Shown piece by piece: positions 1 to 9,349 of a stretch of DNA of 64,000 nt. Under the pieces are notes generated by a model. The model did no database searches. It was given only the letters and a program-made list of their open reading frames with translations, and was not told the origin of the DNA. Both the position numbers and the translations under genes were made by a program. Every line of letters starts with the position of its first letter. Positions within the stretch are counted from its first letter, which is position 1. Source of the stretch: a virus; IMG/VR virus record IMGVR_UViG_3300034630_000009, positions 1 through 64,000 of that record. One strand, 5' to 3'.

Positions 1-411
1 TCATTCGGCAAAGGCGATCGGCGGAAACCCACAAGCTTGCAGCACAGACAAGAAGCGATCGCGCTGCTCCTGGTCGTACTGCTCCTGAATTGCTTGTACA
101 GCAAACGTGAAATCAGCAAATCTGTTTGCATCCGTTTGCCCAGTGTTGGCAAACGAGTGGGTAATGAGCGTCAAGGTGTTGGGGTTGTTGAACGCCACTC
201 CAAACAAATCTGTGCCGCGCAAAGTATTTTCCAGGTCAACCCAGCGGTAATTCGTTACGGGATCGGATGGAAGAATGGCTAATGCTTCCAGGTATGTCGC
301 TAGTTCGGGGCTATTCTCTGCGATCGCCTCTAAGCCGTCTGGCGAGGGTGAAGGTGGAAAACGGAAGAATTGCGCGATCGCTCCGTCTGTTGTGCGGGTA
401 ATGTAAAGCAT
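1..411 (-). CDS. Hypothetical protein, possible tail fibre assembly protein
   Basis: 136-aa ORF directly downstream of the tail fibre gene. Confidence 0.6.
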   Translation of the reverse strand: MLYITRTTDGAIAQFFRFPPSPSPDGLEAIAENSPELATYLEALAILPSDPVTNYRWVDLENTLRGTDLFGVAFNNPNTLTLITHSFANTGQTDANRFADFTFAVQAIQEQYDQEQRDRFLSVLQACGFPPIAFAE

Positions 412-412
412 G

Positions 413-1843
413 TTAGGGTCTGGAATAGCGATAGCTGACGGCAGCAGCGTAGATAAGGTTTCCAGGTGTGCTGACCTTAGTAATGTTTAGGCGGAAAAGT
501 CCAAAGTTGGCGAAAGTAATGAGTGTGTTTAGAGTTACTGTACTAAGAGCAAAAACACTGTTTGTTCCAGACTGATTACTAACAGCCGATCCCAAATTAT
601 TAACAGTTGATGTATTTTTGGTGATGTAACTAAACTGAGCAGTCCAATAAGCTGTGGACGTTAAAGAACTTGAGTTAAGTAAGATTGATGCCGCCTCAGC
701 ATAAATGTCGTAATTATTATTGAGGGGAATACCATCATAATAAATCGAGTTTGCTGAAATCCCAGTGGAAGTAGACCCCCAAGATGCCTTAAAAATGGCA
801 AGGCTTTTCCACGTTGATCCATCCCAATACCAATCCATCAATGGCAAACCGGAGCTATCTAGCTCGCGCCACGTTGCGCCTGTGCTGGGGCTACCAGGAG
901 CGTTGCCTGCATAATAGCCAACATACGTAAAACCGTTGTTGAGGACAACAGTCTGCGCTACTGTGGGATTCCCGCCACGCGGATGGAAATAGCCGCGAGT
1001 GAGGAGTTGGGTATTGACCCCACTCACAGCATTTGCCTTGCAGCGCACTTGGGCACTGGTGTTGGTCCCGACCACGTAAGGGACAGAAGCCGTGATAAAA
1101 GCAGCGGGAGTTGTGGCAAAGGCTGAAGAGTAGCCGTTGAACACGCTGGTGGTGATCGTAAGATCCGGTGAGGCGGGGTCGCTGAGCCAAAAATAGAGGT
1201 TGCCTGTGCTACTTTGTCGTCCCCAGAAAACATCTAACTTCGCTTTCAGTGCAATTCCAGTTGGTACCGACAGCGTGTAGAGTGTTGCTGTCGTCGGGAT
1301 ACCTGTTGAAACGTCCGAGTAGGGAGTTCTAAAGGTGACTTCGTTGCCATTCTGGTCGATCGGCACCATCTGCGTGGCATCGGTCAGCAGGGACATGTGC
1401 AAGCGTAGATCCCAGACGTTGCTGCTGCCGTCCGTAAACGTGGTCTGTGTCGCTGACGTATGGAACCCGTGATCAACTACGCCATTTGATCGCCGTCGCA
1501 TCACGTAGCAATGCAGGGTTGTGGAGGCTGGGAAGGATGAGCCAGTGAGCAAACCGCCAGCATTAGTGCCGATCGCCCAGGCTGCATTCAGCCGCTTGGT
1601 AAAAGCAGCGCTGGTGACGGTGTAGCGCACACCTTGCACGTCGATCGCCGCTTTGCCCGCCGTCAGGTCAACGTATTGCGGATTGCTGCCGTTTTGTGAG
1701 CACTCAAGACCTTCAACCAGCAAAAATTGAGCGTCAGTGGTCAGATACGGCAAGCTATCTGGCGTTGTTAGCGTGTCGCCAGCTTGCAAGTTTTGATGCC
1801 GTCCCGTTGATGGGTCGAGCGCGACGGGTTTGCGAGGTGCCAT
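413..1843 (-). CDS. Putative tail fibre / receptor-binding protein
   Basis: Ser/Thr/Gly-rich beta-type protein at distal end of tail module; WAIGTNAGGL and WYWDGSTW motifs. Confidence 0.7.
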   Translation of the reverse strand: MAPRKPVALDPSTGRHQNLQAGDTLTTPDSLPYLTTDAQFLLVEGLECSQNGSNPQYVDLTAGKAAIDVQGVRYTVTSAAFTKRLNAAWAIGTNAGGLLTGSSFPASTTLHCYVMRRRSNGVVDHGFHTSATQTTFTDGSSNVWDLRLHMSLLTDATQMVPIDQNGNEVTFRTPYSDVSTGIPTTATLYTLSVPTGIALKAKLDVFWGRQSSTGNLYFWLSDPASPDLTITTSVFNGYSSAFATTPAAFITASVPYVVGTNTSAQVRCKANAVSGVNTQLLTRGYFHPRGGNPTVAQTVVLNNGFTYVGYYAGNAPGSPSTGATWRELDSSGLPLMDWYWDGSTWKSLAIFKASWGSTSTGISANSIYYDGIPLNNNYDIYAEAASILLNSSSLTSTAYWTAQFSYITKNTSTVNNLGSAVSNQSGTNSVFALSTVTLNTLITFANFGLFRLNITKVSTPGNLIYAAAVSYRYSRP

Positions 1844-1848
1844 TTACT

Positions 1849-2331
1849 CTAGAGCTGAAACGGTTCGTTCAGTTGAAGCTCAAAATCAGTTGATGAGAGA
1901 GCGGTGCCAAGCTTCTGCACATAACCAGAAGTGGGTGGAGTCGTCACCACCATCTGCCCCGCCGCCGCTTGCGACAGAAAATAATCTGCGCCAGGTGTCA
2001 AGCCGCCAGTTTGAGTTGTCACGGCATCCCATTGCGCCGTAGTGAGAGTGAGAGTGCCGTCTTTTCTCACTGCGCCACTAGCCGCTGCCGCGATCGACGC
2101 AGAAGTAAGCCCGATGGTTTTAGTCGTTCCTGCCGCATTGGCACGCGCTAATTGAAAAGCATTTGTAGCCGAAATATAAACGGGTGAACCAGGTGGCGCT
2201 GTTGACGCGCCACCGTTACTCAAGCTAACTTCATCGGCTGTATTAATCACAGCATCAAGGGTATCTCCAGTCTGAAGATTTTGATGCCTGCCAGTAGCCG
2301 GATCAAGTACAACGGGTTTACGTAGTGCCAT
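1849..2331 (-). CDS. Structural protein with cement/DUF2190-like domain
   Basis: G.PVYI...A.A...IGL...G..YFLS...G motif; N-terminus shared with 413-1843. Confidence 0.6.
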   Translation of the reverse strand: MALRKPVVLDPATGRHQNLQTGDTLDAVINTADEVSLSNGGASTAPPGSPVYISATNAFQLARANAAGTTKTIGLTSASIAAAASGAVRKDGTLTLTTAQWDAVTTQTGGLTPGADYFLSQAAAGQMVVTTPPTSGYVQKLGTALSSTDFELQLNEPFQL

Positions 2332-2340
2332 CTGCTGTTC

Positions 2341-2817
2341 CTAAAGTTGAAAGGGTAAAGATTCAAGATCAATGCGTAGCTTTTGAGTCGTCAACGCTTG
2401 CCCGATCGACACAACAAAGCCAGCGATCGGCGGGGTTGTGGTTAAGGTTCCGGGTGTAAGCCCAAGAAAATAAATTTGTCCAACCACCAGCGAAGAAGTG
2501 CCGACGATCGCAGTCCAATTGCTTAACTCCAGTACAGCGCCAAACTGGTAAGTAGCACTGAAGCCGATCGCTGCTGCGGTGACGCACAACCCGCAAACTT
2601 GTGCTTCTAGCGCGTTGTCAGCCTGTGCCAAAGCGACATGACCGTTCGCTTTGAGGTAGAGCGGTTGCCCAGAGAAGCAAACACTATCAGTCTCAGCATC
2701 GGCAGTAGAAATAGAACCGCCACCACCCGGAACCTCAGGGCTTGCGTCCAAATTGAGCGTGATAAATTCACGCACGTTTGTGTCAACGTCGATTGCCAGC
2801 AACCTGAGATTAGTCAT
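2341..2817 (-). CDS. Structural protein, paralog of 1849-2331
   Basis: GQPLYL..ALAQA..CGL..GQIYFLG..IGQAL; both proteins end PFQL. Confidence 0.6.
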   Translation of the reverse strand: MTNLRLLAIDVDTNVREFITLNLDASPEVPGGGGSISTADAETDSVCFSGQPLYLKANGHVALAQADNALEAQVCGLCVTAAAIGFSATYQFGAVLELSNWTAIVGTSSLVVGQIYFLGLTPGTLTTTPPIAGFVVSIGQALTTQKLRIDLESLPFQL

Positions 2818-2843
2818 GCTCCAAAAATTCCCACTGCGGCGAA

Positions 2844-2864
2844 AGGATGAGGGATGAGGGATGA
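2844..2864. repeat. STRR-like heptamer run (GGATGAG x3)
   Basis: ggatgagggatgagggatgag in an intergenic gap; a similar run ccccaca x3 lies at 50423-50445. Confidence 0.6.
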
Positions 2865-2880
2865 GCGGTCAGCCTTTCCC

Positions 2881-3174
2881 TCAGCGCGGCATCACCTTGA
2901 AGCGTGGCGTGGCTCCCCGCGCCTGCTGCACTGTCACTCGATCGCCCACTTGCACCGCTCCATTCGAGTCAAAATCGCCATACAGCAGCGATCCATCCGC
3001 CAGTTGCACCTGATGTTTGCCATTGCCGTAGCCTTGATATTGTCCAGTAGTGGCAGGTGGTTGGGGTGCGAGCGCTGCCTGGTTGTAGTCGGCGTTGGCG
3101 GTGTTGAGGTTGCTGAGGGCGCGATCGACCAGAGGATCGCCGTTATAGGTTTGTCCAGCGTTGTAACTGGTCAT
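2881..3174 (-). CDS. Small tail-associated protein (OB-like beta motif)
   Basis: GKHQVQLADGS..NGAVQVGDRV motif; located in tail operon. Confidence 0.6.
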   Translation of the reverse strand: MTSYNAGQTYNGDPLVDRALSNLNTANADYNQAALAPQPPATTGQYQGYGNGKHQVQLADGSLLYGDFDSNGAVQVGDRVTVQQARGATPRFKVMPR

Positions 3175-3176
3175 GG

Positions 3177-4298
3177 CTAAGGGTGGTAGGAAGGTTGTCC
3201 AATTAGAGTGGCTCTAGTGCGTTGGGCGGCAGGAATACCGTAAACTTTCACTTTGCTCACACGTTGCTGTGATCCAGCATAGTCGTAGGTATAAACCTGA
3301 GCCGTAAAGGTTGATTGTGTAAGAGCGTTGGCTGCGATCGTGGTTGCATCGATAATTGTAAATTTGTCATCAAAACAATCAAAGTAGCCATATGGCATAC
3401 TGCTTCCATCAACTCCTGTGTCAAAGATGGCTGAATCATAGGTGATCAACGTTGTTGTGCTTGGGTTGTTTGTAGAATCGGTTTTGCCCCCAACACCTTT
3501 AGATCCATCCGCCGTGATGGCATAGGGAAGGTACGCAGGGTTGTAACTAATAAACGTTTCAGGTGAAACCAATGTAGGGGTTAAATAATGCTTAAAAGCA
3601 ATATCACCATTAACGCCACCAATGAAATCATTTTGAAAGAGCCTCCCCCAGAAGCTACCTGTGCCACCACCAGAAGAGCCGTAGGCACCCCGCGACCAGA
3701 AGCTATATCCGTGCGGGTTCAGAGAGAGTGTGTCGAAGCCTGTGTTTGGGCTGTCTGTTGAGTGATGCTCATAAATCAGCCCAGCTTCAGTAAGCGTATA
3801 GTAATAGCCATCGGCAACAGAGACATCTTTGCCGTAATCAAGCCAAAACCGATTACTACCTGGATTTTTAAGGGTAAATTGTTGATCGCCTGGGTCTATC
3901 GCTTTAATCTTGATGGGTTTCGGTTGCCACCCACCGAGCCACAAGTCTTTGCTGTCATTGTCGTTCAGCATTGAGTACAGATACTTAATTTTGCCGCCTA
4001 GCTTCACCACAGGTACCGCTGGTACCGATGGCTTCACTCGTGGCACACCATCCACATATTGTCCCGTTGTCGTTACGCGCTGACCGTTTTGCAAAAGCCC
4101 ATTGGTGACAGGAACACCCGTTGCTACCGGATCTTGCCCCAACCGCTGCACCTGATACTTGCCGTCTGCAAAGCCAGTAATAAAGGTAGGTGCTTCTGTA
4201 AGTACTTTTTGCTGCTCTTCACGCTGCTGCTGCTGATTGTAGGCAGTGTTGGCGTTGTTCTGGTTACGCAGTGCTCGCGTGGTAAGGTCATCCATCAA
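3177..4298 (-). CDS. Tail-associated protein, paralog of 30978-32183
   Basis: GKIKYLYS, GGWQ, DCFD, KVY.IP..QR and terminal SYHP are shared with the paralog. Confidence 0.7.
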   Translation of the reverse strand: MMDDLTTRALRNQNNANTAYNQQQQREEQQKVLTEAPTFITGFADGKYQVQRLGQDPVATGVPVTNGLLQNGQRVTTTGQYVDGVPRVKPSVPAVPVVKLGGKIKYLYSMLNDNDSKDLWLGGWQPKPIKIKAIDPGDQQFTLKNPGSNRFWLDYGKDVSVADGYYYTLTEAGLIYEHHSTDSPNTGFDTLSLNPHGYSFWSRGAYGSSGGGTGSFWGRLFQNDFIGGVNGDIAFKHYLTPTLVSPETFISYNPAYLPYAITADGSKGVGGKTDSTNNPSTTTLITYDSAIFDTGVDGSSMPYGYFDCFDDKFTIIDATTIAANALTQSTFTAQVYTYDYAGSQQRVSKVKVYGIPAAQRTRATLIGQPSYHP

Positions 4299-4744
4299 GC
4301 CGCGTTGACATCGGCATTGTTTCCGCCCGCGTTAATTGCAGCTTGGAAACTATAGGAAGTGCCGTCCGGGATTGTCGTGGCTGATGTTTGTGCTTGAAAA
4401 CAGAACAAATTCCCAGCAGTGCCAGTCGCCGCAGTGTTGGCAATCAGGACAGCTTTGTCAAACACAATCGCGCCACCTGACGCAGAAAAGGTAACGGTAA
4501 TGGGCGGTAGTTCGTAGCGTGACTGTCCGTTGTCATAAGCCCCTGTTCCGGGGTTGTAGTTGGCACGAGCATAGCCGTTACCTGAGACTTCTTGAGCTAG
4601 GACAGCGCTCAATGAAGTGGTAGCGTCGATCGTGCCACCATTGGTGAGGATCAGATAAAAACCTGTCGCGCTTGGTGGAGACGCAGCATTGAAGTAGGTT
4701 TCTAGCATGTTGCCAAGGGCAACATTAAACAGGGTGACAGCCAT
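4295..4744 (-). CDS. Phage tail protein
   Basis: EVSGNGYAR...VTFSASGGAI motif typical of minor tail proteins. Confidence 0.7.
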   Translation of the reverse strand: MAVTLFNVALGNMLETYFNAASPPSATGFYLILTNGGTIDATTSLSAVLAQEVSGNGYARANYNPGTGAYDNGQSRYELPPITVTFSASGGAIVFDKAVLIANTAATGTAGNLFCFQAQTSATTIPDGTSYSFQAAINAGGNNADVNAA

Positions 4745-4869
4745 TGCACAAGCCGTAAGGGTTCGTGCTGATAGTTCCTACCGCTTGGCTGAATGGGCGA
4801 TCGTCAAACTCTCTTGGCTAAAGCTTGAAGGCTATCAACTATGCCTGCTAGACTTGTCTGTTTTGTGTT

Positions 4870-5400
4870 TTATTTTCCTAAATCTTCAAAATCACCAGTG
4901 CAAGCTGGCCCCGTTTCAGTTGCGAAAACAATGCCTGCCACGTCACCAGCATGAGGAGTCTTCGACTGGCATAGCACAGCAAGCGTTGTCGCCTCCCCAT
5001 CCGCCAATCCGGTCGTTGTGCCAACGCCTACGCCGCCTGTGTGCGCCCGTAGGGTATTTGTAAACTTAGGGTATGACACGTTAGCTACGGCTGTCTCGGC
5101 AGCACCTTGGATCGCATATGTGTAGTTATTGGTATCGGTTTTGATGCCTAAACCAAGCAGCGACACGTCTGAAGAAAAACTACTTTTTTCTAAGTAGTAA
5201 GCTTGCTGCGATCGGTTCATGGAACCAACATATTGTTTAGATTCAGTTTCTTTAGCTTTGTTTGCCTGGTTCAAAAAGGATGGCAAGGCAATGGCTGACA
5301 ATATACCGATGATGATGATTACCACCAACAGTTCAATTAAGGTAAAACCTTGCTCGGTACTGCAAAATGAGTTGATCGGCTTGCATTGAGAAAGTGACAT
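4870..5400 (-). CDS. pilA: Type IV pilin, cyanobacterial PilA-like
   Basis: G|FTLIELLVVIIIIGILSAIALPSFLNQANKAK prepilin site; MNRSQQAYYLEK; C-terminal Cys pair; AGGAG upstream of ATG 5400. Confidence 0.9.
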   Translation of the reverse strand: MSLSQCKPINSFCSTEQGFTLIELLVVIIIIGILSAIALPSFLNQANKAKETESKQYVGSMNRSQQAYYLEKSSFSSDVSLLGLGIKTDTNNYTYAIQGAAETAVANVSYPKFTNTLRAHTGGVGVGTTTGLADGEATTLAVLCQSKTPHAGDVAGIVFATETGPACTGDFEDLGK

Positions 5401-5413
5401 AAGAACTCCTGAA

Positions 5414-6148
5414 CTAAGAATTAGGGAAAGTACCATTTGGTACGGCTGAACCGTCTTTGCTCTGTCCTGTGGTTAGACGCACTTCGTCAAGATAGCCAGG
5501 GAAAAAAGAACTACCATCTTTGTCAATACCAATACGCGCTTGCGCCAAAGTCGTGCCGTAGTTTGCCGCTGAAGTTGTGTTTAACCGTCTAACACCGTCA
5601 ATCCAACCCTGTACAGACGATGTGCCGCTACGACTGATGACAATGTAATGCCAGTCATTTAACGAAAAACCAGCGGTACCACTTGCGCCCCCTGTGTTGG
5701 AATCGTCAAGATAGAACCCGTTGGAGTTATCTAAGTAAAGTTGCAGAGTTGAGTTGCTAAAGCTAGGCGAAGTTGGGTGCAAATTCAGCCAGCTATAGCG
5801 TCCTGCTGCTGTCATATAAACCCAACTTTCAAAAATCCAGTTACCACTACCAGGACTAAGAACAGCATTGTTAGGCAGTATCAAATAATCGGTTGAGCCA
5901 TTGAACGCGATCGACGTACTACCGTATTTGAATTGAGTCGAGCTTGTGGTTGGCGTACCGCCGCGAGTGATTGTATTGGCATAACTACTGTTATCGGTAA
6001 ACGTTGATCCTCCCGAAAGACCTTCTCCGTGCAGCAGCAGACGAACGTTGCTGTAGGAAACACCGTCTGCGGTGTAATCACCACCGCCACCGGACAGTCG
6101 CGCCTTACTTGAGGCACCAGCACCAATCACGCTAGGAAGAATGATCAC
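5414..6148 (-). CDS. LamG/concanavalin A-like domain tail protein
   Basis: LLLHGEG..FTDNS, FNGSTDYL, WHYIVISRSG, GYLDEVRLT; GTG start overlapping upstream stop. Confidence 0.8.
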   Translation of the reverse strand: MIILPSVIGAGASSKARLSGGGGDYTADGVSYSNVRLLLHGEGLSGGSTFTDNSSYANTITRGGTPTTSSTQFKYGSTSIAFNGSTDYLILPNNAVLSPGSGNWIFESWVYMTAAGRYSWLNLHPTSPSFSNSTLQLYLDNSNGFYLDDSNTGGASGTAGFSLNDWHYIVISRSGTSSVQGWIDGVRRLNTTSAANYGTTLAQARIGIDKDGSSFFPGYLDEVRLTTGQSKDGSAVPNGTFPNS

Positions 6149-6480
6149 GCAGTTAAGTCTCCCATCAACACCCAAGCATCAGTGGCAGTCTTCCAAAGCG
6201 TCGCAGGACTGCCCGCTGTGCGTAGCTTGACGTGACTCCCCTCTGACACTACTGTTACAGGACTGGAGTAAGCAACGGTGACTTGTCCCGCGCCCAATTG
6301 GGCGAACAAGATTTGTGAGCCGATCGGGAAGGCGACGGAGGCATTAGAGGGAAGAGTGAGCGTGATTGAAGAAGCGTTATTAAGCGTCACGCCTGCCACT
6401 TCGTCACCGATCGACAGAGTGTAACTTGTGCCTGTCTGTGTGTTGGGGGCGCTTAGACTGGTTACCTTAATTGTTGGCAT
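6145..6480 (-). CDS. Tail fibre-associated protein
   Basis: QTGTSYTL..TLPSNASVAFPIG..QLGAGQVT..WVLMGDL motif. Confidence 0.7.
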   Translation of the reverse strand: MPTIKVTSLSAPNTQTGTSYTLSIGDEVAGVTLNNASSITLTLPSNASVAFPIGSQILFAQLGAGQVTVAYSSPVTVVSEGSHVKLRTAGSPATLWKTATDAWVLMGDLTA

Positions 6481-8849
6481 TAGCCCACCTGGAAAGTGAT
6501 TGATTCAATTTGAATTGTGCTGACTGTCAAAGAATCCAGTGCGAATGTAATTTCGTCTGTAATCTCTAGATAAACGATTATTCCTGTTACTGCTGCACCG
6601 TCTAAAGAACCACCAAGCTTAAACCCGCCAATTAAAGGAACAGTGCGACTTTCAATGTTCCCACCGAGGCGTACACCACCCAAGTACGATCGCGTGATAC
6701 CTGCAAACGCCGCTATTCCTCCTACTTTGATCCCGCCCATTAGATTTATGCGCGGTCCCGCTACAAACCGCCCGCCTGCTTTTACCCCACCCCTGAAAGT
6801 TGTTGTAACGATTGGGCTTAGCCGTCCCCCTAGACGCACACCACCCCTAAACACGTCTGAAACGGTGCCCAGGTCATAGGGGTAAACGCGAATATTGCCG
6901 CCGAAACAGATGCCGCCATCAAAGGCAACGATCGGGCTATAGGGCAATTTCACAGCAGTTGTTCCTACTGCCACAGTTGCTTGCCAGATGCCTTCACAGC
7001 TCACCACCGCCCGATCGGGGTCGTGGGTAAAGCTAATCGCGTCTGCCTGATAAAGGTAGGTAGTGATGTCTGGTTCGGTGCAGCGCCAGTTGCTTAAGGG
7101 TGAAAAACCATTTAAGAACCGTTCGTCAAACGGCACCAGGATGGTCTGCCCCTGCCTGCGACCAATCAGCAGCGCCCCTTCCATCTGCGCGATCGCGTCG
7201 GCTTGCTCACTGGAGACCATGTACTCCACTTCAATAGTCCGAAACCGCTTCTGCTCGTTGCTGCCAGCAGGCGTGCCAAACAGGGCGCGTCCCTTCACCT
7301 GAATTTCGATTTCGGTATAGCGCTCCGGACGGCGCTCTGGTGCGGATGGCTGTTGCCCGCCGACGGCGCTCACCTCTGTCCTGGCATCGGTTGTCACCAG
7401 CGCTAGCTTGCTCAGCAGCGAATTGAAATTAGCCGCCGCTTCAGCGTTCGCTGTGATAAACGACGATCGGGTAACAGTCGTTTTTTGCCACTCATAGCCC
7501 CGCACTTTTGCCGATTTCTCCACGACCAGCGCAGCCAAATTGAGCGCTAAGGGGTCAGCCAGCACAGTCAAATCTTCGTTGGGCGCGATCGCAGCAACGG
7601 GAAGCTTTGTGGCGATCGCCTGCCCCGCTACCACTTGCGTTTGATAGTTAAAGGCGTATTGATCCGCCACGCTGCCATCTTGCGGGTTGGGATAGTCCTG
7701 ATAGGTGAAGGTGGTCGTCTCTTCAGAGGCAGTAGCGGGCTGAAAGCGATCATAGGAAAGCCGCTGTTCTTCTGTTAAATTTGCCCACCATGCAGCAGCA
7801 GCAGCGGCTACAGGGCGTAGCGTCACCCGCAGAATCTTGAGCAAGCGCCCCGTGGGTCCCGGTTCGTAAAAGTAGGTTGTGGTGCTGTCGCTGGAAAAGG
7901 TGAGACGCAGACTACCCGGCTCTTCGACAGGATAAACCACGCCAGCCGTTTCCTCGATTACTTCCTGTCTGTATTTGGAGCCACCATCCTGGCAATCGGT
8001 AATCGTCGTGCGCCGCAAGACAGTCGTACTCACGGTGCCGCCACTGACAGACGATTGATATTCTTCGTCCGGGTTGCTGGTCAAGCAACGCCAGGTGTCA
8101 ATGCCGATTTTGTCGATGCCCACACACCGCAGCTCTTCTACCGGGGTCTCTGCTCCTTCAGACGGCTGATAGATTATCTCGCCGCCACCGGGTCCGATCG
8201 TGATATCTACAACAGGCGTTGCTGTAGGGTCAAGCCGTAGATCAAGCGCTTGAATCTGTCCCTGGTTATCCTGCCAGAGCGCTTTCTGTCCGGCATACGC
8301 CACCTTGCCCGCTTGCTGTACATAGCTCCCACCAATTTTGGGCAAGGGATGGGCGATCGGGTAGGCAGGCACCGCTCCCACCCATGTCGTGATGCCTGCT
8401 GCTGCAAGTATGGGCGCGATCGCGTCCGTGCGACTGGTTGCTACACCCAGCACAATGCCCGACTTATCGTTGTCCGGCTCGGCAAAGTCTCGTAGTGCCA
8501 GCAGACACCCCACTTGCAACACCAGATCCGGTGTGTCTGGATGGGGTGGCAATGCTTCTTTGAGGATATACAGCCAGCCGCAGGGATGCGGAGTATACGT
8601 CACACCATCCAGCGATGCCAGGACTTTGACGCTCTGCCCACGATGCCAGCGCTGGGCATTTAAGCGTGGATTCATGGATTCCGGCGCATAGTCCCAGTAA
8701 GTCAGCGTGAGCGTGCCCGTGATCGGCAGCAATCCAGAGCGATCGCGCTTGGGTAGGCTGACATCAAAACTCTTCAACGTCTGCGACCAGTCCTGCTGAT
8801 CGCTGCCAATCAAGATTTTCAGCCAGCAAGCGGACGCATTGACCGTCAT
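6480..8849 (-). CDS. Large tail tip / baseplate hub-like protein
   Basis: 789 aa, second gene after the tape measure gene; C-terminal GGxxxGG repeats. Confidence 0.6.
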   Translation of the reverse strand: MTVNASACWLKILIGSDQQDWSQTLKSFDVSLPKRDRSGLLPITGTLTLTYWDYAPESMNPRLNAQRWHRGQSVKVLASLDGVTYTPHPCGWLYILKEALPPHPDTPDLVLQVGCLLALRDFAEPDNDKSGIVLGVATSRTDAIAPILAAAGITTWVGAVPAYPIAHPLPKIGGSYVQQAGKVAYAGQKALWQDNQGQIQALDLRLDPTATPVVDITIGPGGGEIIYQPSEGAETPVEELRCVGIDKIGIDTWRCLTSNPDEEYQSSVSGGTVSTTVLRRTTITDCQDGGSKYRQEVIEETAGVVYPVEEPGSLRLTFSSDSTTTYFYEPGPTGRLLKILRVTLRPVAAAAAAWWANLTEEQRLSYDRFQPATASEETTTFTYQDYPNPQDGSVADQYAFNYQTQVVAGQAIATKLPVAAIAPNEDLTVLADPLALNLAALVVEKSAKVRGYEWQKTTVTRSSFITANAEAAANFNSLLSKLALVTTDARTEVSAVGGQQPSAPERRPERYTEIEIQVKGRALFGTPAGSNEQKRFRTIEVEYMVSSEQADAIAQMEGALLIGRRQGQTILVPFDERFLNGFSPLSNWRCTEPDITTYLYQADAISFTHDPDRAVVSCEGIWQATVAVGTTAVKLPYSPIVAFDGGICFGGNIRVYPYDLGTVSDVFRGGVRLGGRLSPIVTTTFRGGVKAGGRFVAGPRINLMGGIKVGGIAAFAGITRSYLGGVRLGGNIESRTVPLIGGFKLGGSLDGAAVTGIIVYLEITDEITFALDSLTVSTIQIESITFQVG

Positions 8850-9349
8850 GGCGCTACCTTCCGATCGCTTTCTTCCAGCGCGACCACCGCCTCTACCCGC
8901 GCTCCTTTGCGGTTAAATTTGGGCGGTTGCGTAAACCGAAAGTAATATTGCGCGAAGTAGCTGATCTCAGTCGCGCTGATGTTGCTGACGGTGTTGAAAG
9001 GTGCGGGCGCAAGCGCACGGGTGCGAGAGCCTTCCTCCTGAAACTCAGTCGTGGTATCAACCACTAGCGTTTCAACATTTGCCACAGGCTCACGCGCCTG
9101 TCTACGCTTCTCCTGCCGACGATACAGCCCGTCTAAAAGCTTCCATTCGTCCCACTCCAGAAAGGCACTGAAAACCAGGATGTGGGGCGCTTCGTAAACC
9201 CGACCGTACCCGACAAAGTTGCCATACGCCGATCGCTGGCTGGCTGGCTGCTCAACAATCAGGCGTGGAAACGCATCGCCTGCAAACTGATAGTCGTAGA
9301 TGGTTAGGCTTAAGTCGCCTAGCGTGAAGCTGATGTATTGATTACTCAT
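8846..9349 (-). CDS. Distal tail (Dit)-position protein
   Basis: Immediately follows the tape measure gene with overlapping stop/start. Confidence 0.5.
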   Translation of the reverse strand: MSNQYISFTLGDLSLTIYDYQFAGDAFPRLIVEQPASQRSAYGNFVGYGRVYEAPHILVFSAFLEWDEWKLLDGLYRRQEKRRQAREPVANVETLVVDTTTEFQEEGSRTRALAPAPFNTVSNISATEISYFAQYYFRFTQPPKFNRKGARVEAVVALEESDRKVAP

